Assembly (NCBI GenBank): GCA_946621465.1
Contig: CAMOOO010000003.1
Location: 119,389-183,388 of the forward strand
DNA from: an uncultured Clostridia bacterium
GTDB taxonomy: Bacteria > Bacillota > Clostridia > Christensenellales > DTU072
Length of the DNA stretch: 64,000 nt
Direction of reading: 5' to 3'
The notes under the pieces are model-generated. The model was not told the DNA's origin. It saw only the letters and a list, made by a program, of their open reading frames with translations, and did no database searches. The translations under genes were made by a program, and so were the position numbers. Below are positions 52,650 to 62,332 of the stretch, in pieces. Position 1 is the first letter of the stretch, and every line of letters starts with the position of its first letter.

Positions 52650-54011
52650 ATGGAAAACGTCAATCGACGCATCGAGGATCTGCTGGCATACGGTCAAAAG
52701 GAACTTTATTTAAGTCCGGAAGGCAAAGTTTATGCCCGCAATCGCCTGCTGGAATTATTGCAAACGGAACCGACGTACGAGGAATATATAGACGAAAAAC
52801 CGAACATCAACGACGTTTTACAAGAGCTGACCGATTACGCGGTGGAAAACGGTATCGTAGACGAAGAAGTCGCCGATAAGTTCCCCGATATCCTTATGAA
52901 CTACATCTTGCCGAGCCAAGACGACGTTATGAAGACCTATTCGGCGATCCACTTCGAGAGAGGTCGTCGGGCGGCGGAAACCTATTATTGGAACATTGCC
53001 ACCAAAGGCAAGTTCGTAAAAAAGGTAAAGCCGGGGACCTTCGGTTGGCACGTCACCAGCGATAACGGCGATTTCGGCGTCATGGTTTTGTCCGAGACCA
53101 GACCGGAACTTGAGGAGCGTTTCTATCCCAAATGCCCCTACTGTTTGGAGAACATCGGCTTTTGCGGCTTGCCGGGAGAAGAGGTGTGCTATTCCAAACG
53201 GGTCATACCTTTTGAGATCGGCAGCGAAAAATGGTACTTTTCTTATTTCCAGAAACAATACTTCCCCAACGAATTCGTCGTCGCGTCCGAAAAACATCGT
53301 CCGGCGGGCGACGGGCGTTCCATTGCCGTAATGGCGGACATTGCCGAAAAGGTGCCTTCCGGGTTCGTTATGACCGACTTCGAAAAGCAAATCCACGAGC
53401 ATTTCTGCGGCGGGGACAGAGTTCCGGAAATTTTTAAACGTCCGATAAAAAAGGTGCTTTTTGACGGTGACTATCACGTTTCCATCGTCGACTGGTGCTT
53501 CTCCACGTTGCGGATCAAATGCTACCTCAAAAAGGATTTTATTCGTACCGTACCCAGAGTGATTAAATTCTGGAGAAATTTTGCCGAGGGGAATATCGTC
53601 TATCCGGCGGTGTACTGTACGGAAGAAGGTTTTTTTGCGGACCTTGTGTGCCTGCAATCGGGTACGCCCAATATGCTCTTTGACAAGCCCGATCCGATGG
53701 CAACGTTCGGTATTTTTATCTTCCAACCGGAACTGAAAGGTATTTTGTTGCAGTTGATCGACGAACTGGGCGAGAAAAAGGTGGACTTTGAAAAGATCCA
53801 TAAATCGCCGGAACTGGGTAAATACCTGGATTGGGTGGTCCAGATCGCCGCGGCGAGAGGAGCAAACCTCGCCAGGGACAAAGCGACCAATTCTCTTTGC
53901 TCCATTATCGGCGAGACCTGTATCAATGCAACGAAGTCTTTCTCGGTGAGCGACGAACAATTGGAAATGATTTACAATGAAACGCTAAAAGATTTCAGCG
54001 TTAATCAATAG
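52650..54011 (+). CDS. galT: Galactose-1-phosphate uridylyltransferase, family 2 (UDP-glucose--hexose-1-phosphate uridylyltransferase)
   Basis: YPKCPYCLENIGF... and ...IHEHFCGG align with the Gram-positive GalT-2 motifs (YPQCQLCLENEG, HDHYQGG) as I remember them. The start is moved to the ATG at 52650 after ggagg. Confidence 0.75.
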   Translation: MENVNRRIEDLLAYGQKELYLSPEGKVYARNRLLELLQTEPTYEEYIDEKPNINDVLQELTDYAVENGIVDEEVADKFPDILMNYILPSQDDVMKTYSAIHFERGRRAAETYYWNIATKGKFVKKVKPGTFGWHVTSDNGDFGVMVLSETRPELEERFYPKCPYCLENIGFCGLPGEEVCYSKRVIPFEIGSEKWYFSYFQKQYFPNEFVVASEKHRPAGDGRSIAVMADIAEKVPSGFVMTDFEKQIHEHFCGGDRVPEIFKRPIKKVLFDGDYHVSIVDWCFSTLRIKCYLKKDFIRTVPRVIKFWRNFAEGNIVYPAVYCTEEGFFADLVCLQSGTPNMLFDKPDPMATFGIFIFQPELKGILLQLIDELGEKKVDFEKIHKSPELGKYLDWVVQIAAARGANLARDKATNSLCSIIGETCINATKSFSVSDEQLEMIYNETLKDFSVNQ

Positions 54012-54035
54012 TTTTTTGCTATACTTTATCAGGCT

Positions 54036-57000
54036 ATGAAAAAAAAGTTCGCGGTGCTGGTTTTCATTCTACTGTGCATCCTGGTCGCTTGTAACGGAAC
54101 GACCACCTCTTTGACCGCGAAAAAAAACTCCTTTTATCTGTCTCTGAACGGTACCGTCGACATAAACGATTATATCGAACAGGAAGGGAATGGGAAACTA
54201 TACTACGCAGTTGAGAATACCGATGTACTGAAACTGGACGGCTCTAAGGTCACCGGTATTGCGGAAGGGAAGGGCGTTATCGTGGTGGAAAGCGACGGTT
54301 ATTACGTCCGTATCGCCGTAGAAGTTGTGGACAACAGGAGGGTATTTGTTTCCTTGCAAGACGCCACTGCCGTTTACGACGGAACGGCGCATTACCCGGA
54401 GATAGTCGGCTCGTTGCCGGAGGGGTCCGGCGTGAAGTATTATTGCAACGACGCTCCGTTCGAGGGGGCGACGGACGCGGGAGAATATACCGTTACCGTC
54501 GAGGCGTCCGTACCGGAGCCTTTTTACGTGGAGTACGGGAAGAAGACGGCGACGCTTACGGTGGAGAAAAAGTCCGTCGATCTGTCAGGACTGACTTTTG
54601 CTACGACCACCTACACCTACGACGGCAGCGAGAAAAAACTGGAGATTACGGGGACGCTTCCCGAGGGCGTGTCCGTATCCTATCGTAATAACGTCGGAAC
54701 GGACGCCGGCACCTATGCGGCGGAAGCCATTTTTTCCGTTCCCGAAAACAATTACAATCCCGTCAATCCCTGGAAAGCCGATTTGATTATCAGAAAGAAG
54801 TATATAGATTTAGCCGACTACGGGTTTGGTTCGACCACCGTCACTTACGACGGCGCTCCGCACGCTCTGCTTTTTTCCTCATTGCCGGAAGGAACGACCT
54901 GTCGGTATTACAGACTGGACGGAGAGGAAAAAGTCTATCTGCCCGAGGGGTACGGCTACGTCGATAGCGGAGAGTACTACGTTTACGCCACGTTGTCCAC
55001 GTCTGCCGCATTTGAAAAGAATCACGCCTTTGTCTCCGGCGAAACCTTACTCGTTTTTTCTTCGGAGGGCGAACGGGCGGTATCGCTTGTCGACGCCTCC
55101 GCACGATTGCTCATCAGAAAGGGTAGCTTTTATTCCGACTACACGTGGAGCTTGAAAAAAGGGGAAGAGAGCGTTCTTTCCGTACCGTACGGCAAGCAAC
55201 TTAAGATAGGAGAAGAGGGCGAATACACCTTGCGACTGGAGGGGAGCAGTCACGGACTGAACGGAGAATTCCCGCAGGGTGCGCAGATCGAATACAGCAG
55301 GCTAACGACAAACGCCTACGGTAACGTAGACAGCGGCATCTATATGGTTACCGCCATCTTTATTATGCCCGAGGGCGCAACGCGGAATTATCTCGCACTT
55401 CCCGAAAAAAGCTATTCTTTGACCATTACGCGCGGACAGTTTTCAATGGAGGACGTTCTTTTTACCTACGACACGTCGGAGGCTGTTTTCGACCCGGATG
55501 CGTACTATAACGATTTTGCTATCGACGTAACCAACGCTCCGTGGTTTTCTTCCGCGCTGTCCGTTGAATACACCTACAAACGGGACGGGAATCTGATCGG
55601 GGTATTGGCGGAAAATAAAATCCATTCCGCAGGTGTCTACGAGATCATTGCGACCTTTACGGTGGAAAGCCCGGATAAGAAGAACTATTACACGCCGGCG
55701 CCGAAGTCTGTATTTTTGACCGTCAAACCGGTCACGGTGGAAATGGAACTGACTTTTGACTCAGTCACCGTCACCTATGACCGACTGCCTCACGAAATAA
55801 AAGTTTTGGGAGAGTTGCCGGAAGGGGTGAGGATGAGCTATTCTTGCGGCGAACTGAATAACCTTAACGAAGTCATCTTTACCAACGCCGGAGAGTACGT
55901 AGCGAGAGCGATCTTTACCTACGGTGACGAAAGGTTGGGGACTTATCGCATGTGGGAGAACGTCAATTACGTTCTGAAAAATAAAGGCGAAGTCATTACC
56001 TACCTTTCCGCAGACCTTATCATTAATAAAGCAACGATAGACGTTACGCAGGTTGATTTGAGTAATTATACGCAACTGACTCACCCCACCTATTCGCCTG
56101 CGCTTACCGCTAGGGATATCGGTATCGCCAACGACCCGGATGGATACGTTCGGTTTAAAAATGCCGATGAAAAGATTAAACTACTCGGCACCGTCCGTGA
56201 ACGCGTTGCTTACTGCAGTGTGGACGTCCTTTATAACTGCGACGTTAACAACTATATTGATTATCCGTTCACCATTCGCGCAGAGATCGACCAGGCGGAG
56301 ATTCCGCTTGCGAGCGTCACCGTTCCCGATCAGTTCGTGGGCTATACGGGGAGCATTGCCGTTCCCGTCGTAAATTACGCCGGGGCGGAAGAACTGCTAT
56401 CGGCATCCGTTGCGGCGCAGACTAACCTTCTTTCCCTGGGCAAACACGTCTGCACGGTGACGTTAACGCCAAAGGACCCCGTCGGCTACTACACGAGCGG
56501 AGATAACGTCTATAATGACGTCAACGTTTACATATACAATCTCGCGCTGTTCGAGTACGCTCCCGGGACTTGCTCTCTGGTCTTATTCAGAGGTACGGGC
56601 AACGAGTTGTCCGTTCTTGACGGAACGACGGGAATACGCGCCGGGGCATTCCGGAACTCCTCTTTTATTACGTCGTTGACTTTGCCCGACTCCATTACGG
56701 AAATAGCGGAAGGGGGACTGAACGGACTGACCCAGCTGTCCACGCTGTCGCTTTCTCACGTATTAAATCTATCCGGTATATTCAGCGTCGTACCCGAGAC
56801 CCTTACGCACGTTGTTATTCGCAGTGATGACGTCGTACCTTCGCTGGCTTTCAAAGGGCAACTGACACTGCAAAAGGTGACCTACCTTAGCGAAGTCAGT
56901 TCCGTTGAGCCGTACGCGTTCGACGGGTGCAGCTATCTAAAGGAGATCGTTTTTGCGAACGTGCCTACCTATAAGCAGGCGTCCCTCTCCGGTTGTCGCT

Positions 57001-57980
57001 CCCTTTTAAGCCTGACCGTAAAAGATTTTCCGTCGGCAGGTTATTTCTTCGATACCGCCACTTTGGATAACTATAAGTTGCAAAAGGTTACCCTAACGGA
57101 AGGAAACCGGATAGGGGACGAAGCCTTTAAGGGCTTACTATACTTGCAGGAAGTCATCCTTCCTGCTACTTTGGAAACTATCGGCAAGAGGGCGTTTTAC
57201 GCGACCTCGGCCACGATCGATCTTTCGGCAACTTCGATGACGACCATCGGCGAAAACTCCTTCGAGGGATTCAACGGCACGCTCACTTTCCCTGTCTCTC
57301 TCCAAACGCTGGAAGCGTTCGCCTTTTATCGTTGCGGTTCGGAGCGTCTTGTGTTCCCGATAGGTACCGTAACTATCGGACAAAACGCTTTTTCCGGATG
57401 TACGGCGGAGATCGTTTTCCATGCCGATTCGCTTATCAGCGAGATCGGAGAAAAAGCCTTTTATCAATACGCCGGCAGTTCCTTCTCCATTCCTGCCTCG
57501 GTGACGAGGATCGGCGTTTCCGCCTTTGAAAAGAGCGACCTTCTTACCTTGACCGTACCGCAAGGGACGGTGCTGTCGGAGAACTGTTTTAAAGACTGCG
57601 CCAGGCTGACCGAAGTCGTCCTTTCTTGCGAAGACGTCCCGGACAGTGCGTTCTACGGATGCGTCAAACTGACGGCAGTGACCTTTAATTCCACCGCCAC
57701 CATTGGCGAGAGCGCGTTTGCCGGATGTGGCATTACTTCGATCACTTTCCCGGAGGCCCTTACCTATATCGGGTCCTATGCCTTTTCCGGTTGTCCCGTG
57801 TCTACGGTGACCTTTACCGGCGAGGACGTGCCGGAGACTTCCGGTATGGACGTGTTTGACGCAAACAAACCTATTACGATATACGTGCCACTGATCGTGC
57901 TTTCACGGTATCGTAGCTACGTGACCGCGATTGGTTTAGACCTCGACAATATGTGCGTTTTGCGCGGGGTAGACTACTGA
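54036..57980 (+). CDS. Large surface lipoprotein: Ig-like N-terminal domain, MBG-type repeats, C-terminal BspA-type LRRs
   Basis: Lipobox ILVAC. Repeated YDG...LPEG...Y...AG.Y units (YDGTAHYPEIVGSLPEGSGVKYY..AGEYTV, YDGSEKKLEITGTLPEGVSVSY..AGTYAA, YDGAPHALLFSSLPEGTTCRYY, YDRLPHEIKVLGELPEGVRMSY..AGEYVA). LRRs such as AFxGCxxLxxV. Confidence 0.8.
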   Translation: MKKKFAVLVFILLCILVACNGTTTSLTAKKNSFYLSLNGTVDINDYIEQEGNGKLYYAVENTDVLKLDGSKVTGIAEGKGVIVVESDGYYVRIAVEVVDNRRVFVSLQDATAVYDGTAHYPEIVGSLPEGSGVKYYCNDAPFEGATDAGEYTVTVEASVPEPFYVEYGKKTATLTVEKKSVDLSGLTFATTTYTYDGSEKKLEITGTLPEGVSVSYRNNVGTDAGTYAAEAIFSVPENNYNPVNPWKADLIIRKKYIDLADYGFGSTTVTYDGAPHALLFSSLPEGTTCRYYRLDGEEKVYLPEGYGYVDSGEYYVYATLSTSAAFEKNHAFVSGETLLVFSSEGERAVSLVDASARLLIRKGSFYSDYTWSLKKGEESVLSVPYGKQLKIGEEGEYTLRLEGSSHGLNGEFPQGAQIEYSRLTTNAYGNVDSGIYMVTAIFIMPEGATRNYLALPEKSYSLTITRGQFSMEDVLFTYDTSEAVFDPDAYYNDFAIDVTNAPWFSSALSVEYTYKRDGNLIGVLAENKIHSAGVYEIIATFTVESPDKKNYYTPAPKSVFLTVKPVTVEMELTFDSVTVTYDRLPHEIKVLGELPEGVRMSYSCGELNNLNEVIFTNAGEYVARAIFTYGDERLGTYRMWENVNYVLKNKGEVITYLSADLIINKATIDVTQVDLSNYTQLTHPTYSPALTARDIGIANDPDGYVRFKNADEKIKLLGTVRERVAYCSVDVLYNCDVNNYIDYPFTIRAEIDQAEIPLASVTVPDQFVGYTGSIAVPVVNYAGAEELLSASVAAQTNLLSLGKHVCTVTLTPKDPVGYYTSGDNVYNDVNVYIYNLALFEYAPGTCSLVLFRGTGNELSVLDGTTGIRAGAFRNSSFITSLTLPDSITEIAEGGLNGLTQLSTLSLSHVLNLSGIFSVVPETLTHVVIRSDDVVPSLAFKGQLTLQKVTYLSEVSSVEPYAFDGCSYLKEIVFANVPTYKQASLSGCRSLLSLTVKDFPSAGYFFDTATLDNYKLQKVTLTEGNRIGDEAFKGLLYLQEVILPATLETIGKRAFYATSATIDLSATSMTTIGENSFEGFNGTLTFPVSLQTLEAFAFYRCGSERLVFPIGTVTIGQNAFSGCTAEIVFHADSLISEIGEKAFYQYAGSSFSIPASVTRIGVSAFEKSDLLTLTVPQGTVLSENCFKDCARLTEVVLSCEDVPDSAFYGCVKLTAVTFNSTATIGESAFAGCGITSITFPEALTYIGSYAFSGCPVSTVTFTGEDVPETSGMDVFDANKPITIYVPLIVLSRYRSYVTAIGLDLDNMCVLRGVDY

Positions 57981-58001
57981 TTGTTTAAGTGAGTAAAACA
58001 A

Positions 58002-58037
58002 AAACCGACCGGGTTCGTCCGGTCGGTTTCTTTGTTT
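58002..58037. terminator. Bidirectional terminator between convergent genes
   Basis: aaaccgaccgg / ccggtcggttt followed by ctttgttt. An A-run lies upstream. Confidence 0.75.
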
Positions 58038-58050
58038 ATAATAAGTATTT

Positions 58051-59094
58051 TTACCACTTGTTGTGGACCTTTTCGGCAAAGCCCAGTTTATTATTGATTT
58101 CCAGAATGGTGCCGTCGTCCAAAGAAACCTTTCCGGTGAAATAGCCGAATACCTGATGGGGGATCATGGCAAAGAATTTCAGATCGAACGGTTCGTACCT
58201 GTCGATGAGGGGAACGAAGTCCATATAGAATCTACCGTCGTTAGAGGTGAAGGTCCACGGACTTGTGTAATCGTCCTCACCGTCCTTTTGGGGAATGTTA
58301 AAGGTGATCTCGTCCAGTTTGTGGCTTTTGCCGTCGTAGAAGAGCATATTTTCGGTTGCGGCGGTGTTGTTGCCGAATCCGTATCCGATGTTCCACCCGA
58401 AGGTTTTTCCGTCGTCCAGTCTTGTTTGTAGGCTGCCCCAATACCAGGTGTTATCGTAGGTCCATACTCCTCTGCCCCAGTCGAGGGTGCCGAGAGAGGT
58501 CTCTCTGTCGAGCGGGAATACCTTATCGCCCAAGCTGAACTGACCTTCTGCACGCATGCAGTTGATTTTTTCGTTGAAATAGAAACGGCCGGGTTTGGTG
58601 AAGGGGGTGGCGATGACCATGCCTTCATCCGGGAATTCAGTCAGGGTAATGTTAAAGATAAGGTCCTCTTTGTTTTTACCGAATTTGGGATAGATACCGA
58701 AGAGGTGTCTGGATTTTCCGTCGTTGGTAAAGGTCATTTCCACTTTGCCGTTCTTGTAGTGGATATCGCCGCTTTCCGTCGTGCGCGGCAGGTGCATTTT
58801 TCCCATGGGGAAAAGCAGGACCGAGCTTTTTGTGATTTGGGTAGGCACGGTAAAGTCGAGATAGGTTGCGGACAGCGCGCCGATATATCCCATGTCGGCG
58901 ACGGTCAGGCAGATGGCGTGTTTTTCATTGCCGACGTAATAATAATCCCATTCTTTTAAGAGCGCTTTCGGCGCGGTGATATTCTCGCGATTGTATTCGT
59001 AGAGCATTTTTTTGGCATAGCCGGGTTCTAAAATGTTGCCGTTTTCATCCAAAAGTTTGGTTGGTTTGGTTATTTCATGCTGTATCATTGGCAA
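58051..59094 (-). CDS. Hypothetical protein, possibly DUF2804 family
   Basis: 347 aa, soluble, no signal peptide. KEWDYYYV plus the beta-rich composition resemble DUF2804 proteins as I recall them. Not verified. Confidence 0.45.
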   Translation of the reverse strand: MPMIQHEITKPTKLLDENGNILEPGYAKKMLYEYNRENITAPKALLKEWDYYYVGNEKHAICLTVADMGYIGALSATYLDFTVPTQITKSSVLLFPMGKMHLPRTTESGDIHYKNGKVEMTFTNDGKSRHLFGIYPKFGKNKEDLIFNITLTEFPDEGMVIATPFTKPGRFYFNEKINCMRAEGQFSLGDKVFPLDRETSLGTLDWGRGVWTYDNTWYWGSLQTRLDDGKTFGWNIGYGFGNNTAATENMLFYDGKSHKLDEITFNIPQKDGEDDYTSPWTFTSNDGRFYMDFVPLIDRYEPFDLKFFAMIPHQVFGYFTGKVSLDDGTILEINNKLGFAEKVHNKW

Positions 59095-59283
59095 AACCCC
59101 CTGAATAGTACTTTATTATCATTATAGCACGGCGAAGCGTTCTGTCAATTGGCAAAATAGAGCGCGCATATAAAAAATGCTTCTTTCGGAAATTTTACCT
59201 GAAAAAGGACGCCCTTTCGTATTGCAAAATAATGAACATATGATATAATTGTTTATATTTGTTCCATAAATAAGGAGTTTATT

Positions 59284-61500
59284 TTGAGTAAGAACAACCA
59301 TTCCGGCACTGATAGTTCCAAAAGTAAAAAAGTCGTTCTTTTTACCCTTTTGGGAATTTTGATCGCCATACTACTTTACCTTCTCGTATGTTGCGGAATT
59401 ACTTTTGTTCCGATGATAAAAATGCTCGTCGTAAACAAAACGGCGTGCGGCGAACTGAGCAGGTTTCCGGACAGCGTTGTGGAGCTGGAAGGCGGAGCCA
59501 ATTTGTACGTCTATCTGAACGAAGGGAAGAGGGATAAATACGTCGTTATCTGCCCGGGTGGCGGCTACGTCGATCTCTCTATGAGTGCAGAAGGTTTTTG
59601 CGTTGCCGAAGAGTTCAACAAAATGGGCTATACGGCGTTCGTTTTGGGGTATCACGTCGGAAAGGAGATCACCGACTATCAACAACCGCTGGACGACCTT
59701 GCCGAGGCGATCGTACATATTGATACCAATGCCGATGAGTATAACGTTTACAAAGGCTTGTACGTTCTTTGCGGTTTTTCCGCAGGGGGCAACTTAGTGG
59801 GAATGTTCGGAACGCAGGAATTCGGCTACCCGAACTACGACAGCGTAAAAAAACCGAATGCCATCGTCATGGGATACCCGTGGGTCAATCCCGAGGCGGA
59901 ATTCAGCGTAAACCTCGTCGAGACCATATACGAATATACCATTGTCGACCGAGGGGCAAAGGCATTTTTGATCGGGGACGCCAACGTCGATCAGATGCAG
60001 GTGCAACACTGGGTGACCGCTGATTATCCGAGGACTTTTATTATGCACGGGGACAGCGATTCCGTCATTTCCGCGGAAACGCAGAGCGAGGTTTTGTGTC
60101 AGGCTTTTGACGAATACGGCGTGGAGTACGTCTATAAAAAATGCGAGGGCGTTAACCACGGATGCGGCATTGCTCTGGGGACTTCTGCCGAGGGCTGGCT
60201 GGAAGAAGCCATGGACTTTGTTGATGAAAAGTGGTACGAGGATGAATTCGAGCCATATTACCGTACCAGTATCGCGTCGGTAAAGGAAAAGGCAGGCGGA
60301 TTCCTCACCGGCGTATGCCACCCGAACGATAAGCTGGACGAGGTTGTCGAATTGGGTGCAGACTGGGTCCGCGTCGATCTCAGCGTACCCGTCTTTGACG
60401 CAGACGGAAACGAGGTGTATTACGACTTTGGTAACGGACAGGTCTATTATATGTACAGAGACTACTATCGTCCGATGTTCGAGCAGTATAAAAAAGCGGG
60501 GTTGAAAGTTTTTGCCGTTACCCCCTATCCGCGTGAGTTTCTTGCTTGGGGAATAGACCCGAGAGAGGAGAAGGGAAAGATCGCCGTGATGAAAAACATC
60601 CGCTTCTTTGCCGAGGACCTGGGCGATATCGTGGCGGCATGGCAGATCACCAACGAAATGACCGAGCCGCAGTTCCGCGCGCCCCTTACGGCGGAAGAGG
60701 CAGCAGACTATATCGGCTTGGTGGCAAGGGCTATCTATCGCTACCGCGGCGACGCTATCATCGGATACAATCTTTCCGCGACGGAGTTTGCCACCTTCTT
60801 GCCGCTTATGAATAAATACAATAAGTACTTTGATTATATCGGAATAGACCTCTATTTGGGATGCTTCGAGTCAATGACTTATAGTTTCGGTTTTGCGACG
60901 GCAAAGGCATGGATACTTTCCGTTCAGGTAGCGACCAACCACATGCCCATTATCTTTACCGAGTTCGGCTATCTGAGCGCCGGAGAAAGAAAGACGACGG
61001 AAGAAAAGCTGGCGATACTCCATAGATACGGCGCGGTGGGAGATACGGTAGAAGAGGCGGAAGCCTACGCAAAAGCCCACATAAGGGACTTTATCGAAAA
61101 CGAGTACTTCCCCGAAAGACTGAGAGAACGCTTGGAAACGATCAGCGCAACGGATGAAGAGATCGCCGATAACTTATTCGGCACGCCCGGTATGCCCACT
61201 GATTATTCCGGACACCTTTATTCCGAACTCGGAGAAGGGATTTTATTAAAGGGCTATCCCCACACGCCGGAAGGGCAGGCAAAATATTTTACCGACTTTA
61301 TCGACAACGTCATTTTGGAAGAAGAGGACGTTTGCGGCGCCTTCCTCTATTGTTTTTGCGACAGTCCCTACTGCTACGTTTGCGGTCAATCCGATTGCCC
61401 GGTGGAAACGGGTTGGGGACTTCTGGACGGAGAAGGCAACAAAAAGCCTTCGTTCTATTCCATTCAAGAAGCCTTTGCAAAATGTAAGGAAGTTAAATAA
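59284..61500 (+). CDS. Fusion protein: N-terminal TM, alpha/beta-hydrolase esterase, and a clan GH-A-like TIM-barrel glycosidase domain
   Basis: TTG start after aaggag. TM VLFTLLGILIAILLYLLVCCGI. GxSxG motif GFSAGGNL and HGDSD. Then WQITNEM (acid/base NE) and IIFTEFGY (nucleophile E). Confidence 0.7.
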   Translation: MSKNNHSGTDSSKSKKVVLFTLLGILIAILLYLLVCCGITFVPMIKMLVVNKTACGELSRFPDSVVELEGGANLYVYLNEGKRDKYVVICPGGGYVDLSMSAEGFCVAEEFNKMGYTAFVLGYHVGKEITDYQQPLDDLAEAIVHIDTNADEYNVYKGLYVLCGFSAGGNLVGMFGTQEFGYPNYDSVKKPNAIVMGYPWVNPEAEFSVNLVETIYEYTIVDRGAKAFLIGDANVDQMQVQHWVTADYPRTFIMHGDSDSVISAETQSEVLCQAFDEYGVEYVYKKCEGVNHGCGIALGTSAEGWLEEAMDFVDEKWYEDEFEPYYRTSIASVKEKAGGFLTGVCHPNDKLDEVVELGADWVRVDLSVPVFDADGNEVYYDFGNGQVYYMYRDYYRPMFEQYKKAGLKVFAVTPYPREFLAWGIDPREEKGKIAVMKNIRFFAEDLGDIVAAWQITNEMTEPQFRAPLTAEEAADYIGLVARAIYRYRGDAIIGYNLSATEFATFLPLMNKYNKYFDYIGIDLYLGCFESMTYSFGFATAKAWILSVQVATNHMPIIFTEFGYLSAGERKTTEEKLAILHRYGAVGDTVEEAEAYAKAHIRDFIENEYFPERLRERLETISATDEEIADNLFGTPGMPTDYSGHLYSELGEGILLKGYPHTPEGQAKYFTDFIDNVILEEEDVCGAFLYCFCDSPYCYVCGQSDCPVETGWGLLDGEGNKKPSFYSIQEAFAKCKEVK

Positions 61501-61525
61501 GGGTTTTAGCATATAAGGAGGAAGT

Positions 61526-62332
61526 ATGTGTTTCAGACGCTTTCCAAAGCAACCGGAATTTTTTCCGGATCGTTACGAGGATAAAAAATTCACCTTTTAT
61601 TCGGCGGAAGAGATAGAACTGAGTCCCGATAAAAAGGTGACTTATGCCTATTCTTTTGTCATTGATAAGGATGCGCCCATCTTCTTTATCGCGCCCGGTG
61701 GCGGCTATGCCAACGTGTGTATCGGGTACGAAGGGGTGTTTATTGCCGAAGAACTCAATCGTCACGGTATCAACGCTTTTGTCCTTAATTATCGCGTGGG
61801 CAGACCGGCGTCCGACGCCCCACATCCGCAAGAGGATATGGCGTCCCTTATTAAATACGTCTTTTCACACAAAAAAGAATTCGGGATAACGAGAGAAAGG
61901 TACTCCGTCCTCGGGTTCTCCGCAGGCGGACACTTAGCTGCCTCTTTTTGCACCGAGAACGTCGGATATGCCGCCTTCGGCTTGCCGAAGCCCGATTTAG
62001 CCGTGCTGTGTTATGCCGTAATCACCATGGGAAAAGGCACTCACGAGGGGACGATGAAGAACCTCACCGGGGGCAACGCCGATCTCAGAGAAGCCTATTC
62101 CGTGGAAAAGCACGCGGACGGGTATCCGCCGACCTTTTTATGGCACTGCAAGGACGATAGATGCGTCCCTGTGTCCAATCCGATCAAAATGTACGATGAA
62201 CTGACGGCGAGGAACATTCCGGCAAAACTGGTCCTCTACAAAAGAGGGGGACACGGGCTGGGATTGGCTCGTAAGACGGAAGCGGAAAATTGGATGAAAG
62301 AAATGCTTTCTTTTGCTAAGGATTTTATTTAA
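61526..62332 (+). CDS. Alpha/beta-hydrolase esterase, paralogous to the N-terminal half of the 59284 gene
   Basis: APGGGYANV matches CPGGGYVDL. GFSAGGHL matches GFSAGGNL. Also NAFVLNYRVG and a C-terminal GGHG. Confidence 0.8.
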   Translation: MCFRRFPKQPEFFPDRYEDKKFTFYSAEEIELSPDKKVTYAYSFVIDKDAPIFFIAPGGGYANVCIGYEGVFIAEELNRHGINAFVLNYRVGRPASDAPHPQEDMASLIKYVFSHKKEFGITRERYSVLGFSAGGHLAASFCTENVGYAAFGLPKPDLAVLCYAVITMGKGTHEGTMKNLTGGNADLREAYSVEKHADGYPPTFLWHCKDDRCVPVSNPIKMYDELTARNIPAKLVLYKRGGHGLGLARKTEAENWMKEMLSFAKDFI

